A stretch of 53,219 bases of DNA from a virus (taxonomy: Duplodnaviria; Caudoviricetes). Under the pieces are notes generated by a model that had not been told where the DNA came from, made no database searches, and saw only the letters and a program-made list of their open reading frames with translations. Every line of letters begins with the position of its first letter. Within the stretch, counting starts at the first letter, position 1. The DNA lies in the IMG/VR virus record IMGVR_UViG_3300023109_001857, positions 1-53,219 of that record, one strand, 5' to 3'. The translations under genes and the position numbers were made by a program. Shown here piece by piece: positions 10,526 to 19,979 of this stretch.

Positions 10526-11710
10526 ATGAAAAATATATTTAAGACAGTTCTAGTGTTAGGTTTGCTGATGCCCGCAATTTCAATTGCGCAGGTAGCAAAC
10601 GATGCTGACGGTAATTTTGATGAAACAAGTTACGTAGAAACAGACAGCACAACCAACAGCACCAGTACTGTGAATAGTACTAATGCAAATACCAATACGA
10701 ATAACAATACCAGTACTAGTACAAATACCAACACAAACAATAACACCAACACAAATGCCAATACGAATAACAATACTACCGTATATACTGGAACCAATAC
10801 AAATACAAACAACAACACTAATGTTAATACTAGTACCAATACCAATACAAACACCAATACAAACAACAACATTATTAGTGGCGGCACTACAAACACCAAC
10901 AATAACGTATTAAGTGGCGGCACTACAAACACCAACACCAATAACAATACAAATACCAACAACAGTACAGTAAACAGCACTAGTAACAATACCAATACAA
11001 ATAACAACACTAGCACGTCTACGAATACAAACAACAATGTAATGAGTGGCGGAACAAACAATACCAATACCAATACAAATAACAACACAAGCAACAGTAC
11101 AGTAGACCAAACTGTGAACAGCACTAGCAATAGTACTGTAGACCAAACTGTGAACAGTACTAGTAATAATACAAACACCAATACTAATACAAACACCAAC
11201 AACAACACAAACAACAATAATACTACAGTTGATAGCACTAGTCAAAACGAGAACACTAACAATAATAACAATAACAGCACTATCACTCAGAAAGTAATTG
11301 CACCACCTCCTAGTGCTATTGCTCCTACAGTTAATGCAGGTGGCAATGACACTTGTACAACCAGCGTAAGTGGTGCAGTGCAAACACAAATTGTAGGTAT
11401 CGCAGGCGGCACACATGTAAGAGATATGAATTGCGAAAGATTAAAACTTAGCAAGACATTGTATAACATGGGTATGAAGGTTGCAGCAGTTAGTCTACTC
11501 TGTCAAGACGAACGTGTTTATCGTTCAATGGAAATGGCAGGAACACCTTGCCCATTCGATGGCAGCATCGGCGCAGAAGCAAAAGACAAATGGGCAGCTA
11601 ATCCAGAAATGCAACCTGTAGCAGTACAGGCTGAGGAGGACAAAGAACGTGCAACTAACAATATGCTCAAGGGTGCTGGCGGCGCTCTGCTTCTTCTTTT
11701 ATTGCTGTAA
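10526..11710 (+). CDS. Secreted Asn/Thr-repeat protein with Cys-containing C-terminal domain
   Basis: Signal peptide, ~210 aa of N/T repeats, then PPPSAIAP...C...NCERLKLS...LLCQD...AGTPCP, hydrophobic C-terminus. Confidence 0.8.
   Translation: MKNIFKTVLVLGLLMPAISIAQVANDADGNFDETSYVETDSTTNSTSTVNSTNANTNTNNNTSTSTNTNTNNNTNTNANTNNNTTVYTGTNTNTNNNTNVNTSTNTNTNTNTNNNIISGGTTNTNNNVLSGGTTNTNTNNNTNTNNSTVNSTSNNTNTNNNTSTSTNTNNNVMSGGTNNTNTNTNNNTSNSTVDQTVNSTSNSTVDQTVNSTSNNTNTNTNTNTNNNTNNNNTTVDSTSQNENTNNNNNNSTITQKVIAPPPSAIAPTVNAGGNDTCTTSVSGAVQTQIVGIAGGTHVRDMNCERLKLSKTLYNMGMKVAAVSLLCQDERVYRSMEMAGTPCPFDGSIGAEAKDKWAANPEMQPVAVQAEEDKERATNNMLKGAGGALLLLLLL
10650..11282 (+). repeat. Low-complexity AAY/ACN codon repeats (NTNTNNN; STVDQTVNSTSN x2; SGGTTNTN x2)
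   Basis: Directly visible tandem coding repeats. Confidence 0.85.
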
Positions 11711-14700
11711 TACAGCATTAGCAAATCCTACTCCAGCAGAAAATTGTGCTGTAACAACTTTCACAGGCACCGGCAGCGGCTCAGCAATGATACAAAACCG
11801 CGACGGCAGAAAATATCAAAACACAGAAACTGATACATTAGAATGTACAACACTTGATCTAGACGGCAATGTGGGATATATTATTGATCGAACCATGGGC
11901 TATGATGAAACTGGTGCTCCTGTAGCAGTATATTCTGAAACAGATGGTTCTTATACTTTTGCACAAAATACTATAACCAACAAAATTATATCATCTACTC
12001 TTGCTATCAACGAAGCACTACAACAAGCTGGCGTTGGTATACAGTTTAGAGGATGGGGCTACGAATGGGAAGTTAAGAAGCCTGATGCTACTAGTAGTTT
12101 AAAACTTTCAGTTAAAATAATTGGACCAAGCAACAATGGCGGGATATCAGGATATGGTGAAAACGTAATATACAGTGCAGAATACGATTACGCTAACCAA
12201 TCATTTGCAGATTGGACATCGTTTGATGTAGATCATCCACCACCAGGATTCTTTACAGTTGAAGATGATTGGTATGTAGAAATGTCTATGGAAGGCAACG
12301 GCCAAGGTAGTGGTGTGCGTGGAATGAAAATGACATTTGCGTATGCAATTAGAGAAGGCGCAGATCCGTTTGATCCTAACTACGACTATGGCTCAGGACA
12401 GGCATTTACAGACGCATGTAATGCAGATCCAATGTACGATACACAATGCCCAGGATATCAAGAAGCATACACACAGCAACAATGTTCAGCAGATGCGCTG
12501 TATGACCCTAGTTGTAGCGGATACGAAGCTGCCTACTACGATCAACAATGTTCACAAGATGCGTTGTATGACAGTGGCTGTCAAGGATATGAAGCAGCAT
12601 ACACAGCACAGCAATGTGACACAGATCAATCATATGATTCTAGTTGTCCTTACTACAATCAGTCACAAGCTAAATCAACAACCCCAGGCATGAATGTAAG
12701 CGGACAGGGCAGTGATTATATATTCATCTTTAGAGGAAACAATCCAGAAGTATTTGCAACACTACAAGCAAACTTAGATAATATGATGGGCTGGATGTGG
12801 GAATGTACAAGCGGCGATGACTGTGGCGACAATCAAGTCGGATATATCAAAGACGCAGTACAGCAAGGAGATGATTACATATTCTTGTATACAGAAGACA
12901 TAGACGGTAATGTAATAATTCCACAAAGCGGCAAGTGGTATGAGTTTATTGAAATAGATACAGCATGTTCAGCAGATGGCACTTACACACAAAGATGTAC
13001 TGGCTATGAAGACACAATAGCAGAACAACAGTTTGAAGATGACTGTAATGCAAATCCACAAAGTGACATGATGTGTCCCGGTTACACTGAGCCAAAGTAC
13101 GAAGAAGACTATGAAGACTATGACGGACAAGACGATGGCAGCTACGATGGCAGCTATGATGGACAGTTTGATCCTAACATGCCATTTGATCCTAACATGC
13201 CATTTGATGGAGACCTAACAGGACTTGACATACAAGCAACAACAGGTATTGATATACAAGCATCGACAGGTATTGATCTAGAAGCGTCAACAGGTATTGA
13301 CCAAGAACTAGCAACTGGTATTGATGATTCAGCAGCAAGAGGTGAAATAGAAGTTGACATGCAAGGTGTGTTAGACTTAATGGGACCAGATGAGAATGGT
13401 GACCCGTTTGACTTAGAAGGATTTGAAAAAGGTCCAACAGATATGCCAAGTGAAGAAGATATTGCTAGAGAGCAAGCAGAGTTTGAACAGTTTTTTGAAG
13501 AGACAGATAGTTTTGGCGGAGCGGGTTTATCAGACTTCCAAAATGAAGCGTTCCCTGATGCATTTGAAGAACTTCCTATACCTGATGCATTTGAAGAAAT
13601 GCCAACAGAAGATATATTTGCCGAGCGTCCACTAGACATACTTGAACCGCTCAGTGAAGAAAAGTTTGAAGCAATACCAGAATTACTTGAAGAAGCATTT
13701 GAAGAAGCAGTTGAAGAACAAATGATAGCCGAAGAACTGGCAGTTGAAGAACAAATGATAGCCGAAGAAATGGCTGTAAAAGAAGCCGAGATTAGAGAAG
13801 AACTAGCAGAAGCTATTGAAGAAGAATTATCTGAAGCAGTTGAAGAACTTGCACCAGTTGAAGAACTAGCAGCCACTGAAGAAGTTGCTGGACCTAGTAC
13901 TACACCAAATGCTCCAAGAACTAGCAAAACAACTAGTGTTCAAAGACGTGCATTAGATATTGCATCTGAAGCAACTACGGCAGCAGAAAACACAGCAAGT
14001 TCACAAGCGTCATCTAGTGCATCATCTAGTACTGACATGGGTAGTAGTAGCGGCGATGATGGTAGTGCAAACAACAGCGGCAATAGCGGCAGCAGCAATG
14101 ACGGAAGCGGCAACAGCAGTAGCAACAGTGGCAGTGATATGGGAATGGGCAACAACAGCAACAGTGGTAGTGATATGGGAACAGGCAATTCCGACAGCAG
14201 TTCTTCAGGGCAAGTAGACTACAGTGGTAACAGCAATACAGGTAGTAGTAACACAGGCGGATTTAGCAGCCAAAACTTTAACTCTGCAACAGGGCAACCT
14301 GCACTACAGTCGGGTGATGCAGGCATAGGTGCAATGACTGGTGGCAACGATACACAGTTATTAGCAAGCCAAGGATTAAGCACACAAGAACTAACCGGCG
14401 AAGTACCAGATTTAGGCTCATCAACAATATCTTACACATTTGGAAATATAGATGCTACAGTAGCAAATGAAATATCAAGTATAATTGTAGCAGAAATAAA
14501 TCAGTTGATAATAGATATAACCAAACGTACATTAGAAGAAGCAAATGAAATGGGCGAACCTTTGGATGAAGTAAGTGAAGAAGAACTAGAGGCACAACAA
14601 AAACTAGAAGACGATCTAGTACAAAAGGCAATAGACGGTGATACATCAGAAGATGCAACATCGGCACTATTAGGGTACAACCCTAATTTTAGAGAGTACG

Positions 14701-14855
14701 TACAACCACAGATGAAAGTACAAGCACAATGGTACACATCAGATGGTATATACGAACTACAACAGAATTATGATAACCCGTCATCGAGGTTCTTTAGTGG
14801 AGCAAGTGACGAAACGCATCGCAAAATGGTGCGTCAGCAGTATGAGGAGAATTAA
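11649..14855 (+). CDS. Large secreted acidic protein with Cys-rich C..D..YD..C.GY repeats
   Basis: GTG start after GAGGAGGA, signal peptide, ~6 Cys repeats, tandem FDPNMP, GID..A.T and AVEEQMIAEE repeats, S/N/G-rich linker. Confidence 0.8.
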   Translation: MQLTICSRVLAALCFFFYCCNTALANPTPAENCAVTTFTGTGSGSAMIQNRDGRKYQNTETDTLECTTLDLDGNVGYIIDRTMGYDETGAPVAVYSETDGSYTFAQNTITNKIISSTLAINEALQQAGVGIQFRGWGYEWEVKKPDATSSLKLSVKIIGPSNNGGISGYGENVIYSAEYDYANQSFADWTSFDVDHPPPGFFTVEDDWYVEMSMEGNGQGSGVRGMKMTFAYAIREGADPFDPNYDYGSGQAFTDACNADPMYDTQCPGYQEAYTQQQCSADALYDPSCSGYEAAYYDQQCSQDALYDSGCQGYEAAYTAQQCDTDQSYDSSCPYYNQSQAKSTTPGMNVSGQGSDYIFIFRGNNPEVFATLQANLDNMMGWMWECTSGDDCGDNQVGYIKDAVQQGDDYIFLYTEDIDGNVIIPQSGKWYEFIEIDTACSADGTYTQRCTGYEDTIAEQQFEDDCNANPQSDMMCPGYTEPKYEEDYEDYDGQDDGSYDGSYDGQFDPNMPFDPNMPFDGDLTGLDIQATTGIDIQASTGIDLEASTGIDQELATGIDDSAARGEIEVDMQGVLDLMGPDENGDPFDLEGFEKGPTDMPSEEDIAREQAEFEQFFEETDSFGGAGLSDFQNEAFPDAFEELPIPDAFEEMPTEDIFAERPLDILEPLSEEKFEAIPELLEEAFEEAVEEQMIAEELAVEEQMIAEEMAVKEAEIREELAEAIEEELSEAVEELAPVEELAATEEVAGPSTTPNAPRTSKTTSVQRRALDIASEATTAAENTASSQASSSASSSTDMGSSSGDDGSANNSGNSGSSNDGSGNSSSNSGSDMGMGNNSNSGSDMGTGNSDSSSSGQVDYSGNSNTGSSNTGGFSSQNFNSATGQPALQSGDAGIGAMTGGNDTQLLASQGLSTQELTGEVPDLGSSTISYTFGNIDATVANEISSIIVAEINQLIIDITKRTLEEANEMGEPLDEVSEEELEAQQKLEDDLVQKAIDGDTSEDATSALLGYNPNFREYVQPQMKVQAQWYTSDGIYELQQNYDNPSSRFFSGASDETHRKMVRQQYEEN

Positions 14856-15404
14856 ATGGCTGAAGTAGAAGTAGGTGGCGTTAAGTTCACCGGGGGCAAG
14901 ATGTTTGCTGTAATAACTGCACTTAGTACACTAGGTGGAGTAGCATGGGGAGGCTTTGAGTTCTATAACGATTATAGAAATATGAAAGCACAAATACAAG
15001 AATACGTTGCCCCAGACCTTAGTGGTATGCAAGAAGAAATAAGCGTGTTAACAGAACGCCTTGCAGCGGCAGAATCAAACATAGATACTAAATTAAAAGC
15101 AACTGATGAATCAGTAATTGCAGCATTAGATTATACAAGAGATATTAAGATTGATCTCAAAGCTGATGTGCAAACAATCGAAGTACAAGTAGACAGAGTT
15201 GAACAGACTGTTAAGGATACACAAGACAGCATTGATGCTACACTACGTGAAGTTGAAATTGTTAGTCGTGAAAGTGAAAAAGATACTAGAGATCGCATGC
15301 GTGAAACTGAAGAACGTATTGAAGCTGCTATGGATAAACTCGAAACTAAACTAAAACAGCAAGTTGAAGAAGCATTAGATAATCCCCTAAACGATATGAA
15401 ATAA
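14856..15404 (+). CDS. Membrane-anchored coiled-coil protein
   Basis: N-terminal TM, YVAPDLS, long coiled coil ending ALDNPL. Confidence 0.75.
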   Translation: MAEVEVGGVKFTGGKMFAVITALSTLGGVAWGGFEFYNDYRNMKAQIQEYVAPDLSGMQEEISVLTERLAAAESNIDTKLKATDESVIAALDYTRDIKIDLKADVQTIEVQVDRVEQTVKDTQDSIDATLREVEIVSRESEKDTRDRMRETEERIEAAMDKLETKLKQQVEEALDNPLNDMK

Positions 15405-15462
15405 AAGTAGACAAATATATCAAACTGTGTTATAGTATAACATAACAATTAGGGAGATAGAT

Positions 15463-15531
15463 ATGACTACATTTGAAAAGATTGAATTTGTTGTCGGTTT
15501 ATCGTGTTTAGGACTTCTCCTATCACTTTAA
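15463..15531 (+). CDS. Putative 22-aa hydrophobic micro-protein
   Basis: MTTFEKIEFVVGLSCLGLLLSL with SD GGGAG and upstream TAGACA-N17-TATAGT (15408-15436). Confidence 0.45.
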   Translation: MTTFEKIEFVVGLSCLGLLLSL

Positions 15532-15660
15532 AAGAATAATAACAAACTTGGTTTGTTTGCTATACTTCTATGCAATAGAAGAAGATCTAGAGCTATGTAG
15601 ACTAAAGAAGCGTGGTGAACAAACCTCTGTTATTGAAATAGAAATAGAACTTTAATTAGG

Positions 15661-15689
15661 TTGACAAGCTTGGTAGTTGATGCTATTAT
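15661..15689 (+). promoter_or_regulatory. sigma70-type promoter
   Basis: TTGACA-N17-TATTAT with TG extended -10. Confidence 0.7.
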
Positions 15690-15719
15690 AAGTATATCAT
15701 GAATTACTAGGAGTATCAT

Positions 15720-16607
15720 ATGTCAAATATAAGATTTGCAGGCGCCCAGCTTCCTGCATCTGACAATCTAGATAAAAATGTCCAAGACATTAAAGATGCT
15801 ATAACATGGGCACATCAAAATAATGTTGACTATTTGTTAACTCCCGAAGGTAGTCTTTCTGGATATTTTCCAGGATTTGATACTTATAATGGTAGATCAG
15901 TAGAAGATCTGTATGCTGCTGAAAAACAAGTTGTCGAGTTTGCAACCAAAAACTCTGTTGGATTGTGCTTAGGAACAATGTGGTGTGAAGATGACTCTAG
16001 GTTTACAGAGGGCTATCGCAAAGAGAATCAAATTAGATTCTACTCAAACATTGGTAAATTTTTAGGAAGTACAAATAAGACGTATGTTATACCAGAGTAT
16101 GATCAAACAGTAATTTCAGAAGAACTTAACATTATTGACATGGATTACGACACACAAGGTTTCTATGCAGCTGGATTAATTTGCAATGACTTTTGGGGAG
16201 GGCCACTAAGCAGTAAAAAATCACTGCCAGTTTATGTCACAGAAGAACGCAATGCGCAAGTTATATTTCATGCAACCAACGGTTTTAAAGGAGAACTTCC
16301 TAACTATGATAAAATTACTGATGCATGGCACGAAGGCAATTTGCGTATGATGAGTTTCGTAACCAGTGTGCCTATTATCACCGTGGACAGTTGTTACAAA
16401 ATGAATGGCAAAGAATACGATGGTAAAACCAGTAGTCAAAGCGGAATTTTATCAAACGGTATTTGGAAAGTAAAAGCTCCTAGACATGGAATTCAGTACT
16501 TTTATTATGATTTTGATATAAATCAAATAATTAACTTTGGTTTCGAAGAACACCCAGACCAAACAATATTAGACTCTAACCCTCTTATAAAAGGATCAAT
16601 AGCATGA
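15720..16607 (+). CDS. Carbon-nitrogen hydrolase (nitrilase superfamily), paralog 2
   Basis: YLLTPEGSLSGY, NKT, ICNDFWG, FHATNGF; colinear with 6560-7357. Confidence 0.8.
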   Translation: MSNIRFAGAQLPASDNLDKNVQDIKDAITWAHQNNVDYLLTPEGSLSGYFPGFDTYNGRSVEDLYAAEKQVVEFATKNSVGLCLGTMWCEDDSRFTEGYRKENQIRFYSNIGKFLGSTNKTYVIPEYDQTVISEELNIIDMDYDTQGFYAAGLICNDFWGGPLSSKKSLPVYVTEERNAQVIFHATNGFKGELPNYDKITDAWHEGNLRMMSFVTSVPIITVDSCYKMNGKEYDGKTSSQSGILSNGIWKVKAPRHGIQYFYYDFDINQIINFGFEEHPDQTILDSNPLIKGSIA

Positions 16608-17338
16608 GCAATTATTCATCAGAAGAAAATCAAGAACTAGTAGAAACACTCAAAGGCCCACGTTTCTATAATATCCAACTAAACGGATACGGCGGCGAAA
16701 GTGCGTACATGAGTATTAGCAAGGAAGCACACGACTTTTGGCATCCTATTTGTGAAGAACATGGCGACTATGATTTAACTACCTACATGAACAGTGATGG
16801 CGAAGAAGAAGACGAGTGGGAAAACATCGAAAGTGTGCCGCCGGAAGCACAGTTCTTGCATGATCCAGATCACGACAACTACAAGCGTCCTTGGTATGAG
16901 TCGCACACAGAGTTTGAACACTCATATGGTGTTGAATGGGGTAGTGCATACGTAGTAGTAGACGAAGTTGATTCAATGGAGTACAGTGCAGGTCATGTTG
17001 CTAGTGTTATCGAAGGTGAGAACTTGCAAGACATGTTAAACGAACTTGATGAAGCAAGTGGTTATGAACTTGAACCAGTTGTCATGGGTTGTGAAGACGA
17101 AGCACCAGAAGGTACAGACTATATTGCACAGTTATACTCGAGCGAAAAAGGACAGTTCTTTGATGGCGTTATTGAAACTGTAGGCGAGTTTGATCCAAAG
17201 AAATTAAAAGTCTATACTACAGAATACATGAACGGTGAAGACACTGTTACATCAATTGAGTACGATGGAGTTGAAATTGATAACAATGGTGGAGATACTA
17301 ACGGAAAAGGTTACTCTGCGAGTGTTTGGAAGTGTTAA
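16604..17338 (+). CDS. Acidic hypothetical protein
   Basis: 244 aa ORF, ATGA overlap; GYGGE, SEKG and DTNGKG motifs. Confidence 0.75.
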   Translation: MSNYSSEENQELVETLKGPRFYNIQLNGYGGESAYMSISKEAHDFWHPICEEHGDYDLTTYMNSDGEEEDEWENIESVPPEAQFLHDPDHDNYKRPWYESHTEFEHSYGVEWGSAYVVVDEVDSMEYSAGHVASVIEGENLQDMLNELDEASGYELEPVVMGCEDEAPEGTDYIAQLYSSEKGQFFDGVIETVGEFDPKKLKVYTTEYMNGEDTVTSIEYDGVEIDNNGGDTNGKGYSASVWKC

Positions 17339-17720
17339 CAGTAACTTCTATAAAACTACTTAAAAAATTAAAATGCCTAGAAAGTACAGGAAATAGATCA
17401 CTGTTCATATCGCTCGCCATTTCGTAAGAAGTAGAACCAATATCTTGATAGTATCTACGACTGAGTCCTTTGCGAGTACCCATAGTAGGAAATACACCTG
17501 CCACAAACAGACAAGTATCTCCAAGCTCTTTTGCTTCAGTGGTTGTTTTAATTGTTAGGAAAGATTCTGCAAATGTTTCAGGAAGAAAATCAGTTTTGTC
17601 AACATAGCTGGCTAGCAACATGACTACATATGCTTCAATTGGTTCAGGCAAATCGTATCCGTGTGTTATGGATGTCTCTTTTACAACATCAAATAACGCT
17701 AAGGTATATGCATCATTCAT
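17298..17720 (-). CDS. Hypothetical protein (probably leaderless)
   Basis: MNDAYTLALF... start 5 nt after a minus-strand TAAATA; KELGDTCLFVAGVFP motif. Confidence 0.7.
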   Translation of the reverse strand: MNDAYTLALFDVVKETSITHGYDLPEPIEAYVVMLLASYVDKTDFLPETFAESFLTIKTTTEAKELGDTCLFVAGVFPTMGTRKGLSRRYYQDIGSTSYEMASDMNSDLFPVLSRHFNFLSSFIEVTVNTSKHSQSNLFR

Positions 17721-17744
17721 ATATATATTTATGTAAGGAATATT

Positions 17745-18539
17745 ATGACAGCGCAAAGATTATTTACAGTAGGATGCTCGTTAACAAGATACCATTGGCC
17801 GACTTGGGCAGACATACTTGGGCAAAGTTACGAAAAATTTGAAAATTGGGGTAATCGCGGAGCGGGCAACAAACAAATATTTGAAAGATTTTCTGAATTA
17901 GTTGTTAAAAACAAATTAACAACAAATGATACTATCATTGTTCAATGGACAAATTATCATAGATTTGATCAGCACCAATGGGACAATACTCTTACTGAAA
18001 GTTGGTTTCCAGCAGGGCATGTGTTCCAAGAAAGCAGAAACGATCCAAGAAGTATGGCTATTCGCAATATGTGGAATGAACAAAGTTATATCATGCACAC
18101 TTGGAACTACATTCATGCTGCTGTTGGAATAGCTAATACAGTTGATGCAAAAGTATTATTTGTATTTGGCGATGACCTAAGATTAGATTTAGACAATCAA
18201 GACTTTAGTTGTTATAAAAAAATAATAGATGATACATATTTTGTAGAACAGGATTTATTTAATTGGACTTGTAAAAACTTTGATAATCGATTATCATTTT
18301 ATAACGCCGACCCTAATAATAATGTTAATACCAAAACACTTGATTATCATCCTACACCAATAATGTATTACAATTGGTTAAATAGATTTATTGGACCAAA
18401 ACTTAATATTAATATAGATGTTGAGTTTGCAAATAAAATGCAAACAGCAGTAGAAAGTATTGATGATTATGATAAAATTGGAACTGTAATAAATCAAATA
18501 GGTTACGACACAAACAAACATTGGAAAAGAGGTTATTAG
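17745..18539 (+). CDS. SGNH-hydrolase-like phage protein
   Basis: GCSLT..WPTW, NWG..GAGN, VQWT...RFD, DYHPTP. Confidence 0.65.
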   Translation: MTAQRLFTVGCSLTRYHWPTWADILGQSYEKFENWGNRGAGNKQIFERFSELVVKNKLTTNDTIIVQWTNYHRFDQHQWDNTLTESWFPAGHVFQESRNDPRSMAIRNMWNEQSYIMHTWNYIHAAVGIANTVDAKVLFVFGDDLRLDLDNQDFSCYKKIIDDTYFVEQDLFNWTCKNFDNRLSFYNADPNNNVNTKTLDYHPTPIMYYNWLNRFIGPKLNINIDVEFANKMQTAVESIDDYDKIGTVINQIGYDTNKHWKRGY

Positions 18540-18541
18540 AC

Positions 18542-18730
18542 ATGAGCAAAGTGATTACATATAAAGTAGAAGATATTTTTGAAGACATTGAGGGCGATGA
18601 CAAAAATGTACTAATGAATATTCCTCCCGAAGTAAGTGAACGTATGGGTTGGGAACCAGGAGATGTTCTCAAAATTACTGTTGAAAATGGAGTAATATCA
18701 ATTGCTAAAAAGGTTGACACCGAAGACTAG
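18542..18730 (+). CDS. AbrB/MazE-like small DNA-binding protein
   Basis: IPPEVSERMGWEPGDVLKITVENGVISI. Confidence 0.7.
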   Translation: MSKVITYKVEDIFEDIEGDDKNVLMNIPPEVSERMGWEPGDVLKITVENGVISIAKKVDTED

Positions 18731-18742
18731 ATGTAGTATAAT
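18714..18742 (+). promoter_or_regulatory. sigma70-type promoter
   Basis: TTGACA-N17-TATAAT. Confidence 0.75.
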
Positions 18743-18773
18743 AGTAGCTCATTCACACAAATAAGGAAGGACT

Positions 18774-19166
18774 ATGTTAAACAACTCAGCAGTAGAATAT
18801 TGGAGCAAACAACCTACAGATCAACCATGGTTACTAAATGGCTTTACAGGAACATTTGCTTACTCAGATCACCGTAAAATTCCTGAAGGAATACTAGAAT
18901 TTTTGCTCGAATACTTTTACAAACGTTTGGGCGATGCACGTAAGCATCATATCAAATCAATAGAACTTGACGAGATCAATGCACTTATGAACGATGTATG
19001 GGATGGGCCCGGCAGTATGTTTAAAATAGCTAAAATGACACAAGATATGCGTATGTCAAGACTAGATATAGTAATAGATGACGCAAAAGACCCACTAAAA
19101 GGCTACGATACACCTACAATTGAGTCAGATTTGGGCGCAAATGTGGTTGACAAGCTGGAAAAATAG
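18774..19166 (+). CDS. Hypothetical protein
   Basis: 130 aa ORF with SD AAGGA. Confidence 0.7.
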   Translation: MLNNSAVEYWSKQPTDQPWLLNGFTGTFAYSDHRKIPEGILEFLLEYFYKRLGDARKHHIKSIELDEINALMNDVWDGPGSMFKIAKMTQDMRMSRLDIVIDDAKDPLKGYDTPTIESDLGANVVDKLEK

Positions 19167-19175
19167 TGCTATAAT
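19147..19175 (+). promoter_or_regulatory. sigma70-type promoter
   Basis: TTGACA-N17-TATAAT with TG. Confidence 0.75.
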
Positions 19176-19207
19176 ATATACATATTAAGGCAATTAGGGC
19201 AGACAGC

Positions 19208-19645
19208 ATGACTATTAGAATTACTGGCGGTACTAAAACACAAAAGAAGCATGTAAGAAGCATGGTTAAGTTTTGTATTAAAACACTTATGCCTCGTATG
19301 TACACTCTTGATATTACTGTTAACCTAACTACGCCCAAAGGCGCTATGGGTTACTGTTTAGAGTTAGATAACAAACGAGAGTTTGAAATCGAAGCTGATC
19401 GAAGGTTGCGTTTGCGTAAATTGTTAGAAACTATTGCACACGAAATGGTGCATGTCAAACAGTATGCTCGTAGAGAGTTGCACCCTGTAAACGATACATG
19501 GTGCGGCAAAACTTATAATCCTAAAAAAGTAAGCTACTGGGATCTTCCTTGGGAGATAGAAGCACACGGACGTGAAGTAGGATTGTTTATCCGCTGGGCA
19601 GAACAACAAAAACTTGGACATATGAAGTGGACACAAGATGCCTAA
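19208..19645 (+). CDS. Zinc metallopeptidase-like protein
   Basis: TIAHEMVHVKQY and YWDLPWEIEAH. Confidence 0.8.
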   Translation: MTIRITGGTKTQKKHVRSMVKFCIKTLMPRMYTLDITVNLTTPKGAMGYCLELDNKREFEIEADRRLRLRKLLETIAHEMVHVKQYARRELHPVNDTWCGKTYNPKKVSYWDLPWEIEAHGREVGLFIRWAEQQKLGHMKWTQDA

Positions 19646-19895
19646 ACATACACAAAAATTCTTTAAGCCAACTGACTTGTTTGACTTTAAAACACACTGG
19701 GCAGTAGGACTTGAATATCCTATCGAAGGCAGCAAGGGTAATAGTTACACAGTTACTATTGCTGACAAAGGCTTTACTTGTGACTGCCCTGGATTTACAT
19801 TCCGCGGCAAGTGCAAGCACACAGAAGGAGTAGCACAGAAGTGGAGAGACATTTTTTCAGATGATTTTGAAGAAAAGTTCTTGACATCTGCCTAA
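19638..19895 (+). CDS. SWIM zinc-finger protein
   Basis: YTV...FTCDCPGFTFRGKCKH. Confidence 0.8.
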   Translation: MPKHTQKFFKPTDLFDFKTHWAVGLEYPIEGSKGNSYTVTIADKGFTCDCPGFTFRGKCKHTEGVAQKWRDIFSDDFEEKFLTSA

Positions 19896-19909
19896 AACAA
19901 TGCTATATT
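19881..19909 (+). promoter_or_regulatory. sigma70-type promoter
   Basis: TTGACA-N17-TATATT with TG. Confidence 0.65.
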
Positions 19910-19979
19910 AGTATAGTAAGCAATAAAGTTTACAACTTAAAAAACCCAGGACGAGTATGTCCGCATAAAGGAAACTAAG

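Noticed and set aside
10630-11238. 202-aa minus-strand V/L/F-rich ORF that looks like a multi-TM protein
   Set aside because: Antisense shadow of the AAY/ACN repeat tract; no SD or promoter
10650-11282. Repeat tract considered as a CRISPR array or DGR-related repeat
   Set aside because: Units are in-frame codon repeats with no constant repeat/unique spacer pattern; no cas or reverse transcriptase gene in the window
15463-15655. CTT TAA A at the end of the 22-aa ORF resembling the prfB +1 frameshift site, with an open +1 frame to 15655
   Set aside because: No SD at the short spacing required for prfB-type shifting; the downstream frame could start at its own TTG or be chance
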